Below, in pieces: positions 23,853-35,952 of a stretch of DNA of 64,000 bases (its first letter is position 1; every line of letters starts with the position of its first letter). The translations under genes and the position numbers were made by a program. The notes under the pieces are model-generated. The model had not been told where the DNA came from and searched no databases. It was given only the letters and a program-made list of their open reading frames with translations. The stretch spans positions 44,392,001 to 44,456,000 of the forward strand of contig OZ024745.1 of assembly GCA_964016885.1 (NCBI GenBank), read 5' to 3'. Origin of the DNA: Eledone cirrhosa (Eukaryota).

Positions 23853-26258
23853 GTACGTCTACCCTTCTTCCATCTCCATCAGCTTAGAAACTAACCCGCT
23901 TGTGCTTTCTTTCAAAATATTGCTATCACTTTGTTATTGCATGGGATTCTCATCATTGCAATACCACTGCATTGCTCTATAACATTTTAACACCACTCAA
24001 TATATTTAAAGTTGTTGGATAGCTAAGTTAGATTTCTGAACTTGTAGCTTAGGTTATTAATTAAAACCTTTTTACAATTTCTTTTTCTCTTCTTTGTCAA
24101 TAACCATCTGTCAATCACAAGACTCTTATGCAGATGACACAGCTCATAGTTATTTAAATTCAGCATTTTGTCTGATTACTGCTAATAATTATACTCTCAC
24201 CAGGCATCCATTTCTTTTATCGATGTAAATCTTATCTATATTCACTGTCTTGGAACATCATACTATAGTAACTTTTTTAAAATGGCAAGATAAAAATGTT
24301 AGTTATTTTCACCCACCATTCTATTTCTCACAACATCTAGTGAGCAGATTATCTTTACCACACTTGCTAGGACACACTGACTGTTTCCATCATTTTCTGG
24401 AAGTTTTCTGAGTTACATAATTGTATAAAAGATACAGTTTCTTTGTATGTATGTATGTATGTATGTATGGACCCATAATTCCCAATGGAGATGTAGGGGT
24501 ACTGTCATAACATATAGTCTGTCTTGGGTACATTAAACCGAGCAGTCCATCTCTCTCCAGGTCTGATCACAGTTGATTTCTTCCAGATGAAAAGGAGATA
24601 AAGAAAGAATTGACTCCAGTACTGAACTGGTACTTTTTTTATCAACTGTGAAAGAATGAAAGGTAAAGTTAACTTCGGTGGGATTTGATCTCAAAGCGCA
24701 AAAAGCCAGAATGAATACCGCAAAGCATTCTATCTGACATGCTAATGACTTAGACAATTTGCTGCATACACAATTTCTTTACATTTTTATAACTAAGAAA
24801 TTCTTCAGACCTTAGCATTCAGTGCCTCATTGCATAACTCAGATATATCCCTCACAGAATATTTTTTCATATTTAGGATGGCACATCATACTCAGTTTAA
24901 TGTATCTTCTAGAAGTATTGCTTCTTCTATTATTGTAATGGGTTCTACTCTTTCAAACTTGCAATTTGTGTTCTACTTATATCTAAACATTTCTTCATTC
25001 TAATGATCTCTGCCCTGTGGAAGTCCCTTACCAATATACAACACACATACACTAAACTCTGTAAAGTGGTTGGTGATAGGAAGGGTATCCAGCCATAGAA
25101 AACTTGCCAAAGGGTCAAGAATACTCTACATTTATGTTAGAAATATGACAGATGTCCTAATACTGGTGCACTGAAATAAACTAAGCACTCTGGAGAGAGT
25201 GGGAGTAGGAATATATGCGAGATGTACACCCCCTCCTCTCCAGCTTATCTGAGAGGTCAGTAGTTCCTATGAAATACTGACTTTGTTTGTGATGACCCAT
25301 TCAACATTTGCTAGCAAGGAAAACGGACATTAAATGACGATGGTGATGAAACTAACTTGCAACACTCCATATTAACTTCATCAGTGTCAACATACAACAC
25401 ACTGATATAAAATCATCAAGAGATTAAGAGACGTTTAATTTTTTTTGCTATTCAGAATCTTCCTTACGGTTTTGTTCTCAAAATAAATATCAAAATCTCA
25501 TAGATTTGATATGTGAGATAATTGTGAGGTAAAATCTTTACTGCAAAAATACAATAGTATATATAAAGTAATATAAATGCTAAAGGGTTAAAGTATTTGC
25601 ATTTATTTAAAAACATTCCATCATAATTCTATGTAAGAACCGTTATTAATTTATGTTCAAAATGTAAATTATAAGTAAGTTATATTGTTAAATTCAAGTC
25701 TTTTAATATTTTCTAAGGGATTTGAAAACCATTGGCTGGCCATATCTTTCATGAAATGGTTAATTCAAAATTGTCTTTGTTGGGTGGGTAGAATATTCTA
25801 AGAAGTTCAATTCTCTGATTACTTATCCTCAAATATATTTGACATTGTGACATGGGATATTGTAAAGAAGAGATTGTTTAAGGGAAATCTTTATAATAAT
25901 GATTGCCCCAGGTTTTTGTCCATCTTTCACCCTAACGCTACAATCTCACAATATCGTTCTAAAATCTCCATAATTTATGAAACACAAATGTAAGACCAAA
26001 AAAGGAGAGGGAGTGGAGCAAATGTTCAAAAATGCGTTTTCTGAGAACAATGTTGTCTATTTGTCTCCCTCTCCTCTCTCTATCTTTATGAATTGAAAGG
26101 GCTCTGCCCTATAATATTGTCTTGTCTCGCATCCATTGTATTTTTATCTTGAATAGCTCTTTTTTTTTTAAGAGCTATTGATGTGCTGGGAAGAGTGGCA
26201 TTGTCTTAGCAACTGAAACTACAGACATTTGTAAAGCAGTCTAACACACACACACAAA

Positions 26259-26422
26259 ATAATTGTTTCTACTTTAGGCACAAGGCCAGCAATTACCCAG
26301 TACATTACTGGTACTTTATTTTATCGACCCCCGTAAGGATGAAAGGCAAAGTTAACCTCGGCGGGATTTGAACTCAGACTGTAAAGGGACGTAACTATGC
26401 TAGAAAGCATGGTGTCCAACCC
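26259..26422 (-). mobile_element. SINE family A, 5'-truncated
   Basis: Near-identical to 33723-33870. Confidence 0.88.
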
Positions 26423-26511
26423 AAAATAATGATATGATGTACTAAAGAATTTTAAGAAATGGCTAGAGAAATAAAATCTATTCATATTAGTAAGGTCAAT
26501 GCCTTTTAAAC

Positions 26512-26546
<35 letters not shown>

Positions 26547-27642
26547 CTGCTTAAGAAATCCATGTTTGATCTGACTTAAATGTGCCAGTGCAGTCAACTG
26601 AAGTCTTAATTATTTCAGTGCTGACATCCTCTGTGTTTAATTATTACCTTAAAATTTCTCTACTATATGTCATTGTGGACTCTATCTTACCTGTAGCCTC
26701 ATCTTCTATCCAATCATTCTCACATTCTGTCCACTACAAACCTTAATAGACTATATTAATATACATTTCCTTATAAAATTACAAATATTGCTTGATAGGA
26801 AATAGATTTTTAAAACATGTCTAATCATTTAGATTTTGGATCTAAGAGATTCTTTGGTGATTTCTGAGAGTCACATATTCATAAAGTTTTAAATTGTTTA
26901 AAACCATCACAGCTATAGCTATGCAGGTGAAATAACTTCATTATCATCATGCATCCAGTTTCCACCCTGACAGGTTGTCACAATCTGAAACCAGACAGGT
27001 TGGAGTAACCCATCTTGCTTATTAAGCTCCATACCCCCTTCTTAATGCTAATCACCTTACAGAGTGGATCAGGTGCATGTAATCGTGGCACCAGCACTAG
27101 AGAGGGTGTTACATTCTAGAACCGATTGTGACTCGTCTCAAACTCTTGATTGACTATTCAATTGCCAAACACAGGAGCCTCTGCTCTGTCACCCTTGTGT
27201 CTCAAAGTTAGATAGATCAATTTGTAATGTATAAAAACTTAGAATCTAAGCATTCACTGACTTTTTATTGTGCGAGTGAACGAGTGATGATATATATATA
27301 TATATATATATATAATCAAGCATATAGATGGAAAAATTAGCTTTTTAATCATTTTTATTTCCTTACACGTTTCAATAGAGTTGTACATCAAATTATTCAA
27401 ATAATGAAACATGTGTAAGGAAATAAATATGATTTAAAAGTTAATTTTCCCATCTATATATTTGATTACATTTGCTCAGGGTTTATGTCTGTCTTTCCAA
27501 CTCTTTCCCCCCTAAAAAATTTTTTTCTTCAGACCAATATAATATATAAACACATTCAGCTAAATCTGAAACAACCTGGCAATTATATACTATCATATAT
27601 AATTCTCTACATTTGAGCTTTGTATATATATTTTACCTTTGC

Positions 27643-27683
<41 letters not shown>

Positions 27684-27857
27684 TTGACAGCTGAGAGAAA
27701 GGAGTACTCAATAACGATGTAGAGTTTTAATATTCATTTTATTAAGGCTAAATAGTTTTGTTACTCTGGAGTTTCACCCGTTTATCACATGGTCAACTCC
27801 AGGCTATAAAGACTCACTATTTAGCCTTAATAAAATGCATATATATATATATATACA

Positions 27858-28678
27858 CAGGGTGCGGACGATATTTGTTCGCAAGATTACTGTCTAGGAA
27901 AAGATAACACAGTAGTTTTATTTTTTAAGATACATTTATCAAACTTGGGTCAGTTTGTCTTCATGACTTGTTCTTTCGATCTCACTCGATAAACCCGCCA
28001 TTGGCTTTGATGACGGCCTCAAGGCGGCCTCGGAACCGGCTACAGGCCTTCGTCACTGTCCCCCCAACTTAGGCTCCTAAAGGCACTTGTGATCCTGGCC
28101 TTCAGATCGTCTTTCGTATTGCAGCTGGATCTGTTGGTCAGGTGAAGTGTGGTCGACAAAGTTCTCTGACAGCCAGGCTTGGGTCTTTCAGCTGGTATGG
28201 CAGGGCACTGAGTCTTGCTGCCACACGTACGGCCTATCTGCAGCTACCTGGTCGATCCAGGGCTTTACTACCTCACTCAGAATGCGGATGTAGCCATCGG
28301 TGTTCAGCTTGAGGCCCTCGGCGAAGAAGTGAGGTGGCATGACGTCACCTTGACTGTTGAGGACACCTAAGACCAATATTGTCGCGAGAAACTTTGTCTG
28401 CATGACTCTGGGCACGTCTTTGGATGAGACAGCGAGCCACCTGTTGTTCTGGGAGTTGATCTTCTTGTCCTTATTTGTCCTCCCTGCGCGGATTCCGAGA
28501 AGAACTCTGTGTCTCTTCCACAAATTTGGAGGTTCAAAATTATTGATAATCAATTATTCTGAAAATAAATAATGGAAATATAGTCACTGTTTTTATGAAG
28601 ACGAGTGACAACGGAAGTAAAAAAAATTTGCTTAAAATTAGCAGTTGAAAATTGCGAACAAATATCGTCCACACCCTG
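27858..28678 (-). mobile_element. Internally deleted Tc1/mariner (maT/DD37D-like) DNA transposon
   Basis: 27-bp TIRs cagggtg(c/t)ggacgatatttgttcgcaa with 1 mismatch; TA on the right, CA on the left, in a TA run; transposase remnant NSQNNRWLA...PYVWQQDSVPCHT...KACSRFRGRLEAVIKANGGFIE*. Confidence 0.93.
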
Positions 28679-29164
28679 TATATATCATCATTGTCATTTT
28701 AACATCTGCTTTCCCTCCTAGCAAGGGTATATATATATATATCCTTTATCAACTGAAAAAAAAAAAAAGGGTCAGAATTCCATTAAAACTGCCATCTGCT
28801 TTATTATTAAGTTCTCTTTTGCTTACAACCTTCAATGCTTAGCTCACATAAACATCCTTATTTTTCCTTTCTTACAGTTGCTGTGTTGAGCTTTATTTTC
28901 AACTTACTGTAATTATCCTAACCATACTACTCATTCCTACTTATCTTTTGCCACCCTTAATCTTCTATACAAAACAATATAAAAAGTTTTTCAGTTTATT
29001 TTTATTAGATGGTTATGTTACTCCCAATTACTAATTTTTGATGTTGCTAACAAAATATTGATAAATTTCTCTAAACCTTCCTACTTAAAACCTGGATAGC
29101 TCAAATCTGTCACCACTGTAATCTGTTCCCCAAATTGTTAAAATAGATCTGTTGTAGTTAATAA

Positions 29165-29415
29165 CCCTTTTGATGCCAAAATCCACTCAAAATTACCCCT
29201 GGTTCTATGATACAAAACTGTTTTAAAGTGGTTTTATTTATATAAAAATCTTTCATCACAATTTTATGTGATAACCTTGAAATTATGTCCCAAAGACCAG
29301 CTTAATAATGAAAAAGTTTTTATATCAGTAAATTATTCCAAATTCTTGATTATTTTCAAAATGATTTTTTAAAATCATAGGTAGTGTATTTCATTGAAAT
29401 ATGGTAATGAAAGGG
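29165..29415. mobile_element. TTAA-type MITE, family 2 (representative copy)
   Basis: cccttttgat...atatggtaatgaaaggg|TTAA; related copies near 3980, 10135-10334, 10610-10820, 12475-12755, 33575-34012, 47080, 50665-50880, 60790, 61950, 62565. Confidence 0.75.
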
Positions 29416-29740
29416 TTAATGATAATGCAACAAAGATTAATTTGAGGAGATTTAGGATCTTCATTATAACATTTTTTTGTCATATATTAAAGTAGCTGCT
29501 CTATTAAAGGTTTTAGGGTCACAAACCTACTGACAATATGGATGTTGTTTAACAACTATAATTAGTTTATTTACATTATAATAACCTTTCTTTTGAATGA
29601 CTATATTATATTTATGTAGTTATTTATATATTTATGCCGTTCTCTTGGTATTGTTTTTGACATACACAAAATAATTTTTTATTTCCAAACACTGATATGA
29701 TAAATAAAATCCAAATAATTCTTTGCTTTTCTCCCAGCAG

Positions 29741-29845
29741 GCTGAATCTGGATACGGGAGTGAGAACAGTTTAAAAAGACATGGCTCTTTACTCTCTCTT
29801 ACATCAGGTACAAGTTTATCAACAGCGTCAGCCTCTTCTTTTAAG
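29741..29845 (+). CDS. CERT1: CERT exon: serine-repeat motif (SRM)
   Basis: Acceptor ctcccagcag (alternative start 29738), donor AAG|gtaaga; [35 protein letters not shown] includes the PKD-type LxRxxS site. Confidence 0.96.
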
Positions 29846-30070
29846 GTAAGAATATTTCTACAAATATTACATTTATTTCAACCTGTACATGTTTTATTTT
29901 GTTTGTTGTTTGTATTCACACTGTGTTATGTTTATATATTTATTTTGGTTAGTCCTTAAAAAACAGTTCTTCCAACAATGATGTAACATTGATAATAATC
30001 ATGGTCCTTTAAAAATATCATTTTGGACAAACTGATCTAGTAATTGTTGAAAAATACAAAACTAAATAAT

Positions 30071-30258
30071 TGTTTCTACTATTGGCACAAGGCCAACAAT
30101 TATCCTAGTACATTACTGGTACTTTATTTTATCGACCCCATAAGGATGAAAGGCAAAGTTAACCTCGGCAGGATTTGAACTCAGAATGGCAATGGCCATA
30201 ACTCTATGCGTCAAAGCATGGCGTCCGACCTTCTACCTATACTGCCAATTCACCACCC
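30071..30258 (-). mobile_element. SINE family A, subfamily 2
   Basis: 16-bp TSD tacaaaactaaataat; sits in the short intron after the SRM exon. Confidence 0.9.
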
Positions 30259-30368
30259 TACAAAACTAAATAATATTTGTCAATTATGAATTTGTACATA
30301 TATTTCAAATGATCTTAAAAATAAGTGTATCATTTTGAAAATCTTAATTTTTCTTTTGTTCTTTTTAG

Positions 30369-30501
30369 CGTGGCAGAGGTCTTCGAGAAAAATTGGCTGA
30401 AATGGAAACATTTCGAGATATTCTTTGCCGCCAGGTGGATACATTACAGAGTTATTTTGACAGCTGTGCTTCTGCAGTGGCTGAAGGAACTGTGCATGAT
30501 T
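30369..30501 (+). CDS. CERT1: CERT exon: middle region, coiled coil
   Basis: ttttag|CGT...GAT T|gtgagt; 133 nt, phase 0-1; [44 protein letters not shown]. Confidence 0.96.
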
Positions 30502-30569
30502 GTGAGTAATTCAATTTAAGTAGAGCTGTGATATTTTATGTGTGTGTACATATCATAATCTTTACCAAC

Positions 30570-31360
30570 ACTTTTCCATGTCAGCATGGGTTGGACAGGT
30601 CAGTTTTAAAATAGTATCTCTCCATTTGACATGGTCTGCCATCATCTCCATTGTAAGACTCAACATTCTGGGATGAACTCTGACATATTTTGCAAATGTC
30701 TTCTACAGTCTATGAAACAATGCAAGTTCTACTTACATTGTTTGATAATTTGCCACCCAGCTCTGTCTTCATATGTATCACATGTTCAATTCATCACAAG
30801 TCTTATATAATCTATCTTTCATTCAGAAAGAGAAACCTTTGACTATTATGCTTTCGCAGCAGCCACTTCTACTATTGATTAAGTCACAGAGGTAAGAGAA
30901 GCTTCTGGTCAACTGAGTTTTCATTTCTTGGTTGATTTTATTACATATAAAATATTTCTTCTCTGTCAGCCTACCTGAGATCTCATTGTACACTTTGTGT
31001 ATGGATTATTTGCACTGGGCACCCAGTTGGTAGTAGCATATGTTTTCTTTTCTGCTAAATAACTTTAACCTTTGTAAAATTGACATTAAAGCCTCTCAAT
31101 TTGAACCCTACTTCTATGTTTGAAATGTTTCCCTTAATTCTTCAGTTGATCCAGCTATGAAAGTTAAATCATCAGCATACAGGAGTTTTCATGGGCAGCT
31201 GTAGTCTGTTATGGCTTTGAGAATTATAATAAACTCTAAAAGCTGCAAACCAAGCCCTGGTGGACACCTACCTGCACACTAAATTTCTCATTAAGCTTGT
31301 TTTTAACTTTTACATTTCTGGCAATTCACATGTATTGTCTTACACTGCTTTCAAAAGTCA
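30570..31360 (-). mobile_element. Decayed RTE LINE RT fragment
   Basis: Reverse complement of 31167-31199 reads CP*KLLYADD; RTE-type tail near 30570-30600. Confidence 0.75.
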
Positions 31361-31794
31361 TTCCTCTTGTGCTGGTATGTGGCTTAGTGGATAGAAAATT
31401 GGATTCACAAACGTGAGGTTGTGAGTGCAATTCTCAGATGGGGTGATGCATTATGTCTTTGAGTAAGACACTTTATTTCATATTGCTCTTTCTGCTAAGA
31501 ATTACAACCAGAAGATAGTAGTACTAGCAATGGGAAAGATCAATGGGAACATTGTTTCCTTGGTCTGACTGGATGAGCTACACCTCACTCGGTAAGCGAG
31601 GGAGGTCTGGGATCTTGTCGATCGATCGAAAGTATTCTCCAAGTCAACCAATATTAGGTATAATGGTTTGTTCTTCCTGAAAACTCTTCAATAAAAAGAA
31701 AGAGCGGCAACTCCATAAGGTGCACACAGTGTAATTTATAGATGCACTGGAGATGTAGTGGGATTGCAGGCAGGTTAATGAAGAAGATAGACTT

Positions 31795-31950
31795 TATATG
31801 TGGTAGATGCACAATTAAGTGCGAGAATTACAGGAGCTAGTGCAGTAACGAGCCAGCTTCAGCATTCAATAATCAGAAGGGAGATAGGCGTAAAAGACAA
31901 ACTCACTATCTTCAGTTCTGTATTCGTACCAACCCTTACCTATTGTCATG
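31795..31950 (+). mobile_element. RTE/Expander-like LINE fragment
   Basis: ARITGASAV...KDKLTIFSSVFVPTLTYCH resembles the RTE post-RT motif RRIGAASAV...KLSIY..I.VPTLTYGHE. Confidence 0.65.
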
Positions 31951-32115
31951 TCTTTAACACAACTGAAGAGTCTTCTCAACTATTTTTGGCCTGGATTCTA
32001 CATCTGGATGCCCTTCTTATCACCAACCACCTTACAGGATGTACTGAGTGCATTTTAAAAAGATATTTCTATTTCTGACTTCTTTTGTACTGATATTTTA
32101 CCTCCTCTGTTTTAG

Positions 32116-32220
32116 TGACTGAGCACGATGATGACATTGATGATATTGATGATTACGATACTCCAACATCTGGTTCATCCCATCCCTCAAAGATTGGCGG
32201 TCTAAAAGGACGCGATCTCG
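32116..32220 (+). CDS. CERT1: CERT exon: acidic low-conservation linker
   Basis: ttttag|TG...CTC G|gtaagt; 105 nt, phase 1-1, compatible with both neighbours; (L)TEHDDDIDDIDDYDTPTSGSSHPSKIGGLKGRDL. Confidence 0.85.
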
Positions 32221-33722
32221 GTAAGTTTATCATTATTCTTATTTTTTCAGAGTTTTTCCATTATTACTCTGTTTTATATTTCAAAACATGTTTCGTGTTT
32301 TTATCTGTCACTCGCCCCATCTTCCATTGTTAGCTATATATCCTGCATAAGTTCCATTATGTTTTCCATATAAACCGTATCAAAACTCTGATCTTTTCTA
32401 ATACTTTTTGTTTTTTTGTGAATTACATATGTATCCTCATACCTGCTTCAATGTTTGTTTAATAATATTCCCCTTCTCCTGTAAATACATTCTTCCCACA
32501 TATCCTCCGTTGCTAGATATATCTTCTTCTTTACTTCATCTTTTTTTCTCACATACCCACCATTGTTTCATATATTCCCTCCCTGATTGCTTGTATATTT
32601 ACCTTAACTAATTCCTTGATTACTGTAATGTTTCTTGTCTATATCTTATCTTCTGTACTATGTAGCTCCAGATCACCAAATGTATCTCTCTTATACCAGT
32701 TTCTTTTACTAAGAGTGAATATGCTTCTTGAACCTTTAGATAATTTAATATTTTAAAAGCCCTGTGTTCAATAATTATAATTTCCAAGTGACCAATGTTC
32801 TGTATGGCTGTGTTATTTCAAAATTGTTAATTTCAGCTCAGAAATGTTTTCATTTTGTTTTGAATTTGTAATAGCTCCATAGCTGTATAGATAAGTAATT
32901 CCTTTTGTAGTCATGTAGTTCTGGGTTCGGTCTGTATGAGTGGTACCTTCTACCATAGGTTCAAGTTTACTCAAGCTGTGTGAATAAAATTTCATAGACT
33001 TTAACTATGTAGACCATTGGATACATTTGTTGTGGCAAATTGGCAGAGTCATTAGAATGTTTTGCAGTATTTGTTCTGGCACTCTGAGTTCAAATCTTGC
33101 TGCGGTCAACTTTGCCTTTCATCTTTTCAAGGTTGATAAAAATGTACTAGTCCAATATTGGAATTGATTCTTTCTCTATACCTTCTTATCACTTTCTTTC
33201 TCTTGAAGAAATCAGCTGTATTCAGACTTGGAGAGGGGACGGGCTCTGCTAAGTTTAAAGTGCTGAAGATACGCAGTATGTCACAACACCGCCCCTATGA
33301 CTCTATTTTGAGTAACAGGTCCACACATACATACACACACACATTTTTTTTGTTATTTGTACACATGATATTCCATTTGCAACCAATGGTTTAATAAGCT
33401 AACAAAGTCTGAACTACAAGCTATAATTGTTAGTTGTTTCAACCTCTCCTAGTTGAGTCTATCTTTGTTATGTGTTTGTGGGATGATAATTGGTTTGACA
33501 TTTTTCAGCATTAAATTGCATGTCGTCTCTGGCTTACTTTTATATATCATCATAGCTAGTGAGAGTGGTATATTCACCCTTTTGATATCAAACTGCTCAA
33601 AACTGCCTCTGGTTCTACGAAACAAAACCACACAATTTAAAGAGTTTCTATTCAAATAAAAATCTTCCAACATAGTTTTATATGAGAACCATTTGTTATG
33701 TAACAAATACCATTCTAATAAT

Positions 33723-33905
33723 TATTTCTACTTTAGGCACAAGGCCAGCAATTACCCAGTGCATTACGGGTACTTTATTTTATCGACCCCGTAAGGATGA
33801 AAGGCAAAGTCAACCTCGGCGGGATTTGAACTCAGATCGTAAAGGGACGTAACTATGCTGGAAAGCATGGCGTCCGACCCTCTCCCGATACTGCCAATCC
33901 ACCGC
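33723..33905 (-). mobile_element. SINE family A nested in a family-2 MITE
   Basis: TSD ccattctaataat on both sides. Confidence 0.9.
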
Positions 33906-34404
33906 CCATTCTAATAATGAAATAATTCATAAGTTTAGAAAATTACTCTAAAATCTTCATGAATTAAATCGGATAGAGTGTATTCATGAGAAATATAGTA
34001 ATGAAAAGGTTAAGGGTATGTTATAAGATGTTTTATTACATATCCTTATGTTCTGAGTCCAAAACTTGCCAGGGTCAATGCCCCTTAATTCTCCGATTGT
34101 GTACAAAACAAATAAGTAGCAGTCAGAAATTTTGGATTAATTTAATTAACTTCATGCATCCACTAACATTTTTCGGTCCTATGCTTAAGTAAAAAATCCT
34201 ACAATATTATTATTATTATCATTGTTACTATTCAGGTTTTGGATTGGCAGAATTGTTTAAGAACAAAATAACTTGCCATATTTGTTTCAGTTCTTTATAT
34301 TCTGAGATTATATCCCACTAATGGTTGATAAAATAAAATGAAGTCAATTTAATCAATTGACCCCTCCCCCAAGTTTCTGACATTTTTACCATGTTAGAAA
34401 TCAT

Positions 34405-34590
34405 TTGGCAGTATCGGTAGAGGGTCGGACGCCATACTTTCCAGCATAGTTACGTCCCTTTACGATCTGAGTTCAAATCCCGCCGAGGTTGACTTTGCCT
34501 TTCATCCTTACGGGGTCGATAAAATAAAGTACCAGTAATGCACTGGGTGATTGCTGGCCTTATGCCTAAAGTAGAAACAATTATTATTAT
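34405..34590 (+). mobile_element. SINE family A
   Basis: Near-identical inverted counterpart of 33723-33900. Confidence 0.9.
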
Positions 34591-35775
34591 GAAGGGTGAA
34601 CAATAGGCAGAATTGTTACACCATTGTATAAAACACCTTATTGCATTTATCATAGCTCCTTAAATTCTGAGTTCAAATCCAACCAACTTTGATTTCATCT
34701 TCCCTGAAGAGTCAATAAAATAAAGTACTAATCTAACTCTTGATTCAGTGTAATCGATTTATCCCACTCTGCAAAATTACTGGCCTTGTACTTAAGTTAG
34801 AAACCATTATTTATTGAAATATAGCTTAGCATGAAAAAAAAAAGGGTGGGGGTCATGAAGTTGATATGAGATATTGATGTGTTTCTCACTTAGGTATTAA
34901 TATTGTATTTCCGTTACCAGATATTGTTTTCTGTATCATTCTCATAATAAAATGGTTTTATTAACTTCAAACTTATTGAAACTGTTGAATTCTAGTACAG
35001 AAAATAAATGTGAAGAAATAATGTTTAAATATAATTAAAAGTCTATGTGTCACTGATGTATTTAATGAAACATGTTCTATCATCATTTGGTTTTTTAATT
35101 CACTTACATTATTTGTCTTGGTATTTGTGATTCACTGAATTCAAAACTAATTATGATATTGGTATGGTTCTTGAAACTTTAATTAGAATCACAGAAAGAA
35201 AAATTGAAACTTAAAGCATGTTTTCATGGAGTTTATTGATAATTAATTGCTAATATGACGACTGCTACTTTTCAATTTGTGACTTTCACCAGGTCTTTTG
35301 CTAATGTTAATGAGATGGCCTTCTCTTTACTTAATGGCTTGATGAAGAAACATTTCATTCAGATTAAACTTGTCCATTTTAGTTCATTTTATCAGAGTTC
35401 TATTTGTGGCTATTCTGTATTTATTCTCCGAAGGTGCACTTAAAAAATGTGGTCTCAGTTAAGTATGGTAGGTGCTAGACAAACGGCTACCCAAGTGTTA
35501 AGAGAATAACTGGGTAAGAATACTCAGATATGGCACCTGTATCAAAACTTAATAGTAAAATTTAAATAATTAGAATTACACCTTTAGTGATGAAAAAAAT
35601 TATAAAAATTATTATAGTTAAAAAAGAAATGCAAGGGACACAATCACAACAGTTTTTTTTATAGTATACATTCTTGTGTAACCCACCACCACCACCATCT
35701 TATAAAGGACTGTGTCACTCGGTATTCATTTACCTATATTCTTTACAGATTTTAAGATGAGGTAAAGTTAATAAT

Positions 35776-35952
35776 TGTTTCTACTATTGGCACAAGGCCA
35801 GCAAATTACCCAGTACATTACTGGTACTTTATTTTATCGACCCCGTAAGGATGAAAGGCAAAGTTAAGCTCAGCGGGATTTGAACTCAGAATGGCAAGGG
35901 CCGTAACTCTATGCGTCAAATCATGGTGTCCGACCCTCTACCGATACTGCCA
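35776..35952 (-). mobile_element. SINE family A, subfamily 2
   Basis: TSD aaagttaataat. Confidence 0.88.
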
